Below are positions 46,005 through 56,000 of a stretch of DNA of 64,000 nt, piece by piece. Numbering within the stretch: position 1 is the stretch's first letter; each line of letters opens with the position of its first letter. The notes under the pieces were generated by a model, which saw only the letters and a program-made list of their open reading frames with translations, was not told the DNA's origin and ran no database searches. Position numbers and translations under genes: made by a program. Origin of the DNA: a virus. The DNA lies in the IMG/VR virus record IMGVR_UViG_3300036861_000507, positions 29,969 to 93,968 of that record; one strand, written 5' to 3'.

Positions 46005-46320
46005 CCGCCTAACGGCGGTGCGGGCGGCCATGACAGCGGTGCGCTTCGGCGCCAGAGCTGCGTTGCCGCCCGCTCTGACACAGGAAGGAAGCGACTTGAA
46101 ACCGAATGACGGGGATGCTGGCCACCCCAGCAGTGCCAGCAATGGCCAGCGCACAGCTGCCGGCGCCCCGTCTCCCTATGGCGACGGAGCGGGCCAGATG
46201 TGGAGTGCCAGCGATGGCCAGCATACAACTGCCCGCCCGTCGCCTCACAGCTACCGCGCAAGCGGTGCGGGCGGCCAGACAACACATGCGCTTCGGCGCT
46301 TGGCATAGAGTGCCGCCCGC
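46005..46320 (+). ncRNA. TIGR-like stem-loop array units 5-8
   Basis: GGCCA starts at 46026, 46120, 46192, 46273 with paired 9-nt variable segments and closing stems. Confidence 0.88.
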
Positions 46321-46339
46321 TTCTATTCGTGAGGACCGC

Positions 46340-46591
46340 ATGACCAAAGCAGAACAGATCGCCGACCGCCTTCTCGCCCTGATCAACAGCTCCCCGCGAA
46401 CGCCAACACGGGAGCAGATGGTCGAGGAGATCAAGCAGATACTGAATGCCGGTGATGTCTGGAGCGCCTTCGTCGCTGCCGTCGTCAGAAGCGATCCGCC
46501 GCTCCTCGTTGTCCGCGACGGCCGCACATGGATCGACTTCGAGCTCGACGAGCCGGGCCGGATGGAAGTTGTCCTGCCCGAGAAACAGTGA
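46340..46591 (+). CDS. Hypothetical protein
   Basis: GAGGA RBS. Confidence 0.6.
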   Translation: MTKAEQIADRLLALINSSPRTPTREQMVEEIKQILNAGDVWSAFVAAVVRSDPPLLVVRDGRTWIDFELDEPGRMEVVLPEKQ

Positions 46592-46598
46592 GGACCGC

Positions 46599-46826
46599 AT
46601 GACCGAGACGATTGGCGATGACAAGCGGAGCTTAGAGAAGCGCACGGCCTACTGGACGTGCGACAGCGACGAGCTGGCTGGCCACCTCTACTACTTCGCT
46701 CCGACCAACGCCGCGCCGCCGCCCTACACCAAGCAGCGCGAGGTCAAGGCCATCATCGACATCGCCGACGACGGCACGCTGGCGGGCGTCGAGCTAATCG
46801 ATGACATGCCGCCACCGCCGAAATGA
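46599..46826 (+). CDS. DUF2283-like protein
   Basis: LYY..IIDIADDGTLAGVELI. Confidence 0.55.
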   Translation: MTETIGDDKRSLEKRTAYWTCDSDELAGHLYYFAPTNAAPPPYTKQREVKAIIDIADDGTLAGVELIDDMPPPPK

Positions 46827-46841
46827 GGACAGCACCGACAA

Positions 46842-47006
46842 ATGAGCCGCCAACAGACATTCGCGCCGGACGAGAGGAAGTACCGCAGCGATGCCCTGCG
46901 CTCGGTCCATGTCACGGTAGAGGGGCTGCACCGGATCGGCCTGGTCGACAAGAAGACCATGCACCGGTTCGATGAATTATGCCTGACGCCGCGAACCGAC
47001 GGTTGA
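46842..47006 (+). CDS. HigA-type antitoxin N-terminal domain only (54 aa, not in ORF track)
   Basis: KYRSDALRSVHVTVEGLHRIGLVDKKTMHRFDELCLTP then stop. Confidence 0.7.
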   Translation: MSRQQTFAPDERKYRSDALRSVHVTVEGLHRIGLVDKKTMHRFDELCLTPRTDG

Positions 47007-47118
47007 CAGAGGCGCGTCGCCCTCGTGAACCTCATTTTCCCGATTCACGCGCGCCCCCGGCTCTGCTAGATTGCAGGGAGTGACCGCGTTCGCTTCAGCC
47101 GCAGAGGAGACGAACGCC

Positions 47119-47619
47119 ATGTCCCGTCCCGAGCAGCGCTCCGACAAGGCTCATCTGGCTGTCGTCAGGCTGCGCTCGCCGAAGTCGCATCTGCGCTCGA
47201 TAAGGAGCTGGCTCGGCCGTCAGGCATCGATCGGCGGGCGGCCCTATGCGGAACGCATCGTCAAGTCGGACGAGTTCGCGGCGCGCTTCATGAACGGGCT
47301 CGACAGCGAGACGCGCATGAAGGCGTTGGCCACCGTCGCGGCCGTCCTGGCAAAGGCCCCCGCCAAGCCGGTGCCGCTGGTCCCATCGCCGAACTCGCGG
47401 GTCAAAATCCGCTGGAGCGACGAATTCATAGCCCGGTTTCGCATCCAAGCGCCGCACCACCGCAGTGATGGCGAGCTCGCCGCGGCTCTCGGCCTGCCGC
47501 CATACTGCGCCGAAGCGCTACGCCGGGCGCGCCGGCGCTTCGGCGGGATGTATGTGGGCGCAACATCCCAACGATGCCCAGGCGCCACGGCAAGTGCGGT
47601 TCTTCCCTTGGCGGCCTGA
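47119..47619 (+). CDS. Hypothetical protein, possible C-terminal HTH
   Basis: GAGGAG RBS. Confidence 0.55.
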   Translation: MSRPEQRSDKAHLAVVRLRSPKSHLRSIRSWLGRQASIGGRPYAERIVKSDEFAARFMNGLDSETRMKALATVAAVLAKAPAKPVPLVPSPNSRVKIRWSDEFIARFRIQAPHHRSDGELAAALGLPPYCAEALRRARRRFGGMYVGATSQRCPGATASAVLPLAA

Positions 47620-47736
47620 GCTAGCGCCCGTCTTGAGGCGATGCTTTGCCCATTCGTGGCAGGCGCCCCTGTGTGCCCTCCAAGGGCCCTGCCGCCCCGG
47701 TCGGGGATGGCGGGGAGGGTTGCTACGGCAAGGGCG

Positions 47737-47943
47737 CTACTTGCGCCCCCGCATCGCATCGAGCCCCTTGGCGATGATCCTGCGAAGCACCGAGGATTTG
47801 TCGGCACCCTCTCGCTCGCCTGCGATCACCAGTTCGTCGATCTCGGTCATGACCGATGGAGGCAGCCGAATGGTGATGGGCTTCAATAGCGTCTCGCCCT
47901 CTGTCGGAGGACGCCCCCTGCTGCGCTTTGGCGCTTTGGACAT
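47737..47943 (-). CDS. CopG-type RHH regulator
   Basis: RGRPP..ITIRLP...IDE....S.VLRR. Confidence 0.75.
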   Translation of the reverse strand: MSKAPKRSRGRPPTEGETLLKPITIRLPPSVMTEIDELVIAGEREGADKSSVLRRIIAKGLDAMRGRK

Positions 47944-48171
47944 GGGGCACTTTACGTAGCCGTATCGCCGCTATCAAATCACGCAATCGTGATACCGTCG
48001 GTGGGTTGCGCGTATTGAGTTATGTAGCCGGATCGAGTACGTTGAATTTGGCGGGTCCGGTCTCGCGTCCCGCCGCGTCTGTGCATCCCAAACAAGCCGG
48101 GCCAGAAAGGGGTTGGCTCCCGATCTGGCCCTTCGTCTCAACCACCCATCCGCAAAGAAGGGAGTTTCGAC

Positions 48172-49128
48172 ATGAGTACCTCTACCGTAGTGCGCTCTTG
48201 GAGCGCAATCATCGTCGGCGTGTTCTTCACCGCCGTCACCGCCTACGTCCTGCTGGAAGACGTGTTCCGGCATGGCGCCGCGCTCACCACCAAGCACGTC
48301 ATGACGCTGGCCGTGTTGGCCGGCACCGTCTACTTCGGCCACAGATGGTGGGCGGAGATGCGTGCCTGGCGACTGGGCACCATGCTCGGTTGCGCTATCC
48401 TGTTCGCGGCCGGTACCCTGACCTGCGTTCTCATGAGTGCCGGGCGCAACGCCGAGGTCGTCACTAACAAGACGCTCGCGGCGAATGCGGTCAACACCGA
48501 CCGTGCTCGCGTCCACAACGACCGCGACGAGGCCAAGGCCCGCTACCTGGCGGCGCTGAAAGCCGAGGAAGCGGAGTGTGCGTCGGGCCAGGGCGAGAAG
48601 TGCCGGTCCAAGCGCATCACCACCACGCTGCGTCGAGAAGACTTCGATGCGGCGGAGAAGGTGCTGCGCGGCCAGAAGCCGGAGCAGATCGCCAACGCCG
48701 ACATTCGAGCCGCAGCCGAGTTGATCAGCCGACTGCCGTATGTGACAGCGTCGGTTGTCGCGATCGAGGCCCTCCTGCAATTGGCCTTCCCGTTCCTGCA
48801 GAGCCTGTTCTGCGAGATCGGGGCGATCGTCGGGTTCTCGATCGGCATGGGGCACGCAGCCAAGGTTGCTCGGTTGCCGCCACCGTTGCCAAAGGTTCCG
48901 CCGCAGTTTCCGGTGGAAACCGAGGTCCGACACGGTTCGGCAGACGATGCGGTCATCGCCGCACTCGCCAAGACCGAGGGGCCCGTCAGCAACGACGAGC
49001 TTGCGGCCCTGATGGGCGTCACGAAGGGTGAATCGAGCAAGCGCGTTGCAGCGCTCAACGGGGTCATCCAGAAGGATCGGGTCGGCCGCAAGGTCGCGAT
49101 CCGCCTGAAAGAGCAGAGACTGCACTGA
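48172..49128 (+). CDS. Multi-TM protein with C-terminal wHTH
   Basis: Three TM, coiled coil with C..G..C, TM, NDELAALMGVTKGESSKRV. Confidence 0.75.
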   Translation: MSTSTVVRSWSAIIVGVFFTAVTAYVLLEDVFRHGAALTTKHVMTLAVLAGTVYFGHRWWAEMRAWRLGTMLGCAILFAAGTLTCVLMSAGRNAEVVTNKTLAANAVNTDRARVHNDRDEAKARYLAALKAEEAECASGQGEKCRSKRITTTLRREDFDAAEKVLRGQKPEQIANADIRAAAELISRLPYVTASVVAIEALLQLAFPFLQSLFCEIGAIVGFSIGMGHAAKVARLPPPLPKVPPQFPVETEVRHGSADDAVIAALAKTEGPVSNDELAALMGVTKGESSKRVAALNGVIQKDRVGRKVAIRLKEQRLH

Positions 49129-49152
49129 AGCGTACGAGAGTTTCGTACTGTT

Positions 49153-49186
49153 GCCCGGTTGCCGAAAGGTGGCCGGGCTTTTTCTT
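49153..49186 (+). terminator. Intrinsic terminator
   Basis: GCCCGGTTGCC-GAAA-GGTGGCCGGGC-TTTTTCTT. Confidence 0.75.
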
Positions 49187-49360
49187 GCCCTGGAAACCGT
49201 TGCCGTGCTTTGCTGGCGCCATGCCCTGTCGCCGCAAGCATCCTGCCCGACTGCCCAAGCGCCCAACCCCGCCCATCCCCGTCACCATCGCGGGCGTGAC
49301 CTACCGGCCCAAGGTACGGCCCGTGGAGTACACGCCGCGGGAGCGCGAGATCCGGCTGCA

Positions 49361-50044
49361 CTAGAGCAGCAAGCCGAGCGACTGGGCGTAGTCGATGGGG
49401 TCCTTCGCGTGCTTCCGGTTGTTGCAAGGCTGACAGAGCATCTGGAGATTGCGCCTGTCGTTCGTGCCACCCCGGCGCAGCGCCTTGATGTGGTCGACGT
49501 GCATCTTGCCCTTGCGGAGCTTCTTGCGGCAGTAGGCGCATCGATGTTTCTGCGCCTTTAGGATATCTTCGACGTCTGCCTTTGTGTGGGTCCCAGGCGC
49601 GCCTTCCTTTCGAGCGCGATATTCTCGAGATAGTTCATAGACCCGCTCGGGGTGCTCAGCACGCCACCGTCTGCCGAATTCCAGACAGGTCTCCGTGTTG
49701 GCGCGATAGTAGGTGCGCGACCTCTGCCGGTGCTTTTCTGGCTCCTTGGCGTAGGAAATCCTAGCTGAGGAACGATTGCCGGCTCGGTGCTGCTCCCTGT
49801 GCGTCTCGCGCCACTTTGTCTTGATCTCTCGTGACCGCTCCGGATTGGCTTGTTTCCACTGTTGGGCCTGGATCCGGCTCTGCTCTTGCGCCCTCTCCGG
49901 GTTCGCCTTCCGCCGCGCTTTGACAGCTGCAACGTCCCGCGCCTTCTTCTTGTCCCTTAGAGCATTGCTGCATGTTGGCGAGCAGGTCTTCGCGCCACGG
50001 AGTGCGTTATACGGTTGGCTGCAAATTATGCACGTTTTGAGCAT
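49361..50044 (-). CDS. HNH endonuclease
   Basis: CAYC..HVDHI....GG.N...NLQMLCQPCN..K. Confidence 0.88.
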   Translation of the reverse strand: MLKTCIICSQPYNALRGAKTCSPTCSNALRDKKKARDVAAVKARRKANPERAQEQSRIQAQQWKQANPERSREIKTKWRETHREQHRAGNRSSARISYAKEPEKHRQRSRTYYRANTETCLEFGRRWRAEHPERVYELSREYRARKEGAPGTHTKADVEDILKAQKHRCAYCRKKLRKGKMHVDHIKALRRGGTNDRRNLQMLCQPCNNRKHAKDPIDYAQSLGLLL

Positions 50045-50061
50045 GCCCCATCATAGCAAAT

Positions 50062-53000
50062 CTACCGCATGCTGGGGAGCCGCTCGTCGGGTACAGGCTG
50101 CCGGAAATTGGGGGTTTTCGACAGATTGGGCGTCGGGCTCCTGCGCTTCTTGACGGTCTTCTCCCACTTCATGCCCAGCATGTCCTCGTCCTGGATCAGC
50201 TGCTCGACCCGATCCTTGACCTCGAGCCACTTCTCTTGGTCGTCCGCATAGTCGCCGACCTTGGCTTTGCGCCGACGCTGCATCAACTCGTCGAACACGG
50301 GCTCGGACGAGCCCTTCAATTCGTCGAGCACGGGCTGCGGATTGCGAATCTCGCGCTTCTCCCACCCCGGCCTACCGATATCGTGTAGCGCGTTCCACAC
50401 CTCGATCGCCGAGAGGCGCCCCAGGATGTCGTCGAGCTCGACCCGCTTTTGGGGTGAGAGCGGGATGGTCTCGCCCTTCTGGCCAGGCTGGGTGTTGACG
50501 AGCCGGTCCATCGCCATCTCCCGCTTCATGGCCTGGTCGATGGTGAAGATCGCTCGAGCCCGGTTCAGCGGGTGAGCCTCTTTCTCGGTGGGCTTGAAAT
50601 GCTTGTCGAGCACCGCATAGACCCGCTCCTCCGGCTTCAGCCCTGCCAGGAAGGCCTTGACGCTGTCCTCGCTGCCGGACTTCAGGACGTCGTCGTAGTC
50701 CTTGGCGGCCGCGGCATAGGGACCCTGGCCCTTGCCGGCGAGCCGCCAATACTCGCGCACCGACTCCGAACGTCTCGAGGGATCGAGCGTGAACCGGTTC
50801 ACCATGGTGCCGACGATCGGGTAGTCCGTGAGCTTGGGTGCCCGGTTGTCCTTGCCCGTGAAATAGTCCGTGTCAGTTTTGATCTCACGGCCCCAGTAGG
50901 CCAGTTCGGTCTGCAGGGCATAGTCGATCTTGTAGGGCGAGACCTCGATTCCCACGACATGCAGGGCGGTGGCCCATTCGTTGGCGAAGGCCGAGGTATA
51001 GGGTCCCCGCTGCCGCACCGCCGACAGCCCCGAGGCATAGTCCGGCACGATCGGCCGCCCGGTCCTGGGATCGACGCCGGTTCTGAGTGCGGCCTGCAGG
51101 TTCAGTGCCTGCGGAATCACCGGCGGGGTATGGCTGGCGAGGAAGCCGTCACGCAGCTTCTCCCACACGCGCGGATCGCCCTTGGCGAGCAGATCGAACG
51201 CAGCTTCGGTGGCAATGGCCGGATAGCCGAACTCGAAGCGCTTCAGCCGGTACCAGGTGTCCCCGGCCTTGAACACCCAGTGGTTGTACTTGGTCTGGTC
51301 GTCGGTGGTGCGGATGTCGTCATACTCGGGATCGTCCTTGTAGAGCATGGCGAGCGCGGCACCCGCGACACCGATCAGAGAGAGCCAGATCCACATGCGC
51401 ATGCCATCGCGGATCGCCTTCTGGTCGCGCTGCGACATGGTCTCCTTCATGGCCTGCTCGGCGCTGGCCCTGCGTGTAAGCGCGTAGCGCAGGTAGACCT
51501 TGAGCTTCTCCATGTCGGCGGCGCCGTAGAGCGTCCAGCCCACCCCCGCGCCGGCGGCGGCGCCCAATGCGGCCCCGACCGGGCCCGCCGGCATACCCAT
51601 CGCCGCGCCAGCGAACATGGTCCCCGCCGCACCCAAGAGTCCGCCCTGCACCGCGGGGATGGTGATGGCGCGGCCTCGTTCGCCCTCGATCATCCAGGCC
51701 TGTCGGTGCGCCTTGCCGACGCCCTGGATGTTGCCGTTGAAGAAGCTCACCGCGCGCAGCACCGCGCCCATCTGGAAACCGCGGCGGTCGAACGGCAAGG
51801 TATCGTTGGCCGTGAACACGCCCTCGCGGATCGCGTCGATCTCCGACATCGAGGGATCGAAGGCCTTGGCGCGCTTGGTCGCCCATTCCGCGACACCGCG
51901 CCGGCCGAACGTCTCCGACAACTCCGAGAACTTGGCAAACGCCGCCATGGAATTCTGGCCGAACAGCATGCGGGCCATCATGGCGCCGACCGAGACGCCG
52001 AGGGTGGCCCCGACGATTGCGCCGGTCGTCGCCGCGCCCGCGACGGCACCAGCAGCGGCGCCTGGCAGCCCCGCAGCCCGATAGCCCAGCACGCCGCCGA
52101 CCACGGCACCGGGCACGGCGAGGACGGCGCCAGCCCCCGCGCCCACCGCCGCGCCGACCGCGCCACCCGCCACTGCCGTCCCGAGCCCGGCCATGGCCCG
52201 GATATCGAACACCTGGTAACCCTTGTTGCGCAGCGCGGTGAGGTCGACGCCCTGACGGCGGCCCCGGGCGTGCTGAATGTCGGCCGTGATCTGGCCGCCG
52301 GCGATCAGCCCGACGCGGTCCTGCATCTGCGCCACGTCGGAGGGCGTGATGCCGAGCTTGGTCAGGCCAGTGCGAAATGCCGGGTAGCTCGACAGCTCGT
52401 GCCAGGCACCCCTGAGGTGCGTGTAGACCGGCGGGGCTCCGGTCAGCACGAGGGTATTCTGCATGTCGCCGATGATGTTGGCCATGATGTAGGCCGGGTG
52501 CATGACGACGCCGGCGCGCAGCACTTCCGCAGGGAACGCCACGACCCTGGTCAGGATGTCAGACATGGGCCGGCCGATCTCGTTCATGGCGGCCAGCAGG
52601 CGCGCGCCGTTCAAGGCGTCGTTGAAGCGGATAAGCTTCCGCTCGCCGTTCTCCCAGAACGGCATGATGATGCCGCGCTTGGGGCCGAGATGCTGGGGAT
52701 TGTAGATCAGCTGCACCTCGGCGTCGGAGAGGTGCGCCTCCATCTCCCGCACCAGCACTGCGGCATCCTGCGGGTCCATGCCCATCCCCACCGCATAGCG
52801 GGTGAGCTTGGCGAAGGTGCGCTCGTCGGCCGGCAGTGTCTCCTCGACCTCGATGCGCTCGACGATCTTGGCGGCCCCCGGCACCCGATCGGACAGGATG
52901 GCAAAGGCGCGCGCCACCTCGTTCCTCTGGATCGCCTCGGCCGTCGCGTAAGCACGCATCGCCATGGTCTCGAGCGCGCCGATGATGTTGCGGTCCGAGC

Positions 53001-56000
53001 CGACGAACGGCTTGGCCTTCTGGAAGCTCCTTTGTGCCGCCGGCGCTGCCTGGATACCCTGCAGCACCGCAGGAACGTCGGAGAAGTCACGCTGATTGGG
53101 AACGTAGTAGTTCTTGTGTCGCGACAGGTTGCGGTACTCCTCGTCGCTCCACAGCCCGGCCTGCCATTCCAGCGTGAGCAGCCGATGCTGCCAGTCGCGG
53201 GCCATCACCGAAGCGCCGCGCGCGCGCGGATTGGTCGTCTCGATCATCTCGATGGCGTGCCAGTATTCCTGGAACGCCTTTCGGTAGGGACGGCGTCCGC
53301 CTTCACGCGGCCCCTCGGCGATGATGGCGGCGATCTCCGGGGAGCCGCGGTAATAGTCGATGACCTGGACCGTGATCGCCGGATCCTGCAGGTTGCGCGC
53401 CCACTCGACGATGGCGCGCTGGGCCTCTAGGTAGCCCTGGAAGGTTGCCACCTTTGTCTCGGTCCAATCGAACCGTGCGCGGCCGCCCAGGAACTCGACC
53501 ATGGCGCCATGCAGGGTGGGACCTTTGGCCTCCAGATCACCGTAGCTTGTCACGCCGTTGACGATCAACTGGTGACCGACTTTGAAGGACTGCGGCAGCA
53601 TCCTCTGATGGTAATGGGGGTCCTCGGTGATGCGCAGCGAGATCGGCCGGCCCTCGGCGTCGCGCGCACCGCTGGCGTCGAGCTGGCGCAGCAGAGCCTG
53701 CTTGAGCTTGAGGCTCGGGTTGGTCATGTCGGCCAGGTTGAACGAGGCACTGGAAAGCCACTGGTCCACGACCTCGGCCTGGTTGTCGGTCTTGAAGAAG
53801 GCCTTGATCTTGTCCCAGGCCGTCGGAGGGCGCAGGGTGGCCACATCGGCGACGAGGCGCTCCACCGCCGTCGCCTTCTGGTAGTCCTGGTAGTCCTTGC
53901 TCAAGGTGGTGAGCTGGACCCGATCGAGCCCGTCGAGGATGTCGGGGCGCTCGGCATCCAACAGTTCGTTGAAGGCCTGGTAGAAACCGGGCGCTCCGAC
54001 CTGCGCCTTCTCTGGGGCCAGCACGTAGTCCCGGAAGAACTCGGCGAAGCCCTCGCTGAGCCAGCCCTCGTCCTCTTCGGAGGTGACCGAGGCCACCTGG
54101 CCCGCATAGGGCGACAGCTCCTCGGCATGGGTGGCGATCAGGTCCCGCAACGGCTCCCCGATCACGTGCTCCAGGTGGTGCCCGCCCTCGTGTGCGATGG
54201 CGTCGATGTCGGTCGACAGCCGGATCCTGGCAACTCCGCCGGGGGTCTGGTACTGGCCGGCGACGTTGGCCTGGGGTGAGAGCCGGCGGGAATACCCCGT
54301 CGCGGGGTTCCTGACCGTGATGCCGCCAAGGCCCTGCGTCACCGGCATCTGCAGGGCGCGCTTCAGGTCGGCGATGATGGCGGTGAGCGAGCGGGGCGAT
54401 GCTCCCAGCCCCTGGGCTCTCGGGTCATAGCCGGGGCCGATCTCGTCGCGGCGGAAGGAGGGCTCGAGTCTACCCTCGTTGCCGTTGCCATCGTTGGAGG
54501 CCTTGAAGGCGGCCATCAACACCGAGGAGCCTTCGCTCGCGGGGTCGAAGGATGCGTTGACGGAGCGAATATTGGAAGGGTCGAAGACGACAACCTCGTC
54601 GGACCCGTCGGGGTACCGGGCGATGACGCCGTCGTGGCCCGATGCCTGCAGCTGCTCCGTCAGCTGCGCTCCGTCATCCTCGCGAGCGGCCCGCTGCAAT
54701 TCCCTGATCTGCTGCGCGGACTGGTCATTCCACATGAAGGGGTTCTCGAGGCGCACGTACACTTCGCGCACATGCCCGCGCAGGAGACCGCCCTTGTAGG
54801 ACCTAGCGAGGCTGGAATCGCTGGTCAGGTAGATGCCGCGCCCATATTGGTTGACGCCCGTGCTCTCGGTGGCCCGGTCGAGGTCGAACGCATCGAACCG
54901 GCGTTGCTCGGGGGTGCCGTGGTAGTAGACCTTGCTGGCATCGAACCCCATCGCCTCCGCCCTTGCCTTCCTGGCTTGAGGCGACATGTCGAGGTCGGGG
55001 GAGGACTTGAAGGCCGCCATCAACTGCGAGCTGGCCTCCTGGGCCGGGTCGAAGGTGGCGTCAACCGAACGGATATTGGCGGGGTCGAAGACGACCAACT
55101 CGTCGGGATAAACGTGTCGACCCTGCTCATCGGTATCGACCGGGACAGCGTCTCGGTTGCCACGCAGGACGACGCTGGCGAAGCCTTCAGCCTTCAACTT
55201 CTCCAGGTCCTTGATGACGGTCGCTGGGTAATTGTACGTCGTCGCCAATATCTCGGCTTGTCGCCCGCGCACATAAACCGGCACGACCCTGCCAAGCCCC
55301 TCCCGACCGGTCTGAATGGCCCTCGCGTTGGCGTAGCCAGATGCCGTTTCACGATGCGAAGAAAAGAACACACCTTGAGCGCTCAGCGAATGGCGTCGAT
55401 CGCTACGACTGCCATCGAAGGCTGAAAAATATCTGCCCGTCCCGTGAAACCATACCCTACTCGTATCGAACCCCATCGCCTCGGCTCTGGCCTTGCGGGC
55501 ATCAGGCGACATGTCGAGGTTGGGAGAGGGCTTGAAGGCGGCCATCTCCGGGCCGGAGCCAACCCGCTCTCCGCCACGCTTCTGCGCATCGACCAGCTTG
55601 CGGTGGATGTTGATGATGTCTTCGACGTGGTTCTTCGACAGGCCGACGCTTGCGGCCGTGTTGATCAGAACATTGGCGATGTTCTGCACCGACGGGTCGA
55701 CTGCCGCCATGGCGATGGTCGCCGCATCGAAGAAAGCTTTGATCTCCGGCATCCTCATCAAGACGAGAGGATTGCGCCGCCCGCGCTCGATCTTGAAGTG
55801 GCGCGCGATGGCCTCTTCCCACACTTTGATCGGGCTGGCCCATCCCCGTTCCGGGAACTGAGAGATGGCCGCCATCTCTGGGCTCTCACCGAACGTCGGC
55901 TCGATCCGCTCTCCCCCTTCAGGCGTGCGCACGTTCTCCCCGAAGGCCTGCTCCAGCACGGCGTCGGCCGTCCTGAATCCCAGCCCGTTCAGCGCATTCC

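Noticed and set aside
46018-46308. ORFs across units 5-8
   Set aside because: Products are only translated repeat text without a convincing RBS or globular domain
44071-46320. CRISPR array interpretation of the repeats
   Set aside because: No constant 25-40 bp repeat, spacers are paired 9-mers, and there are no cas genes
52889-52902. 13-nt match CGGACAGGATGGC to revcomp(B)+A of unit 1; also TGAACGAGGCA near 53739 (unit 2) and GGAGGTTGTA near 45706 (unit 7)
   Set aside because: Partial matches plausible by chance in 64 kb of GC-rich DNA; no full 18-bp self-target seen by eye (search not exhaustive)
50572-53430. Long plus-strand ORFs (also 12128-13744, 61558-63318)
   Set aside because: Antisense shadows of high-GC genes without motifs
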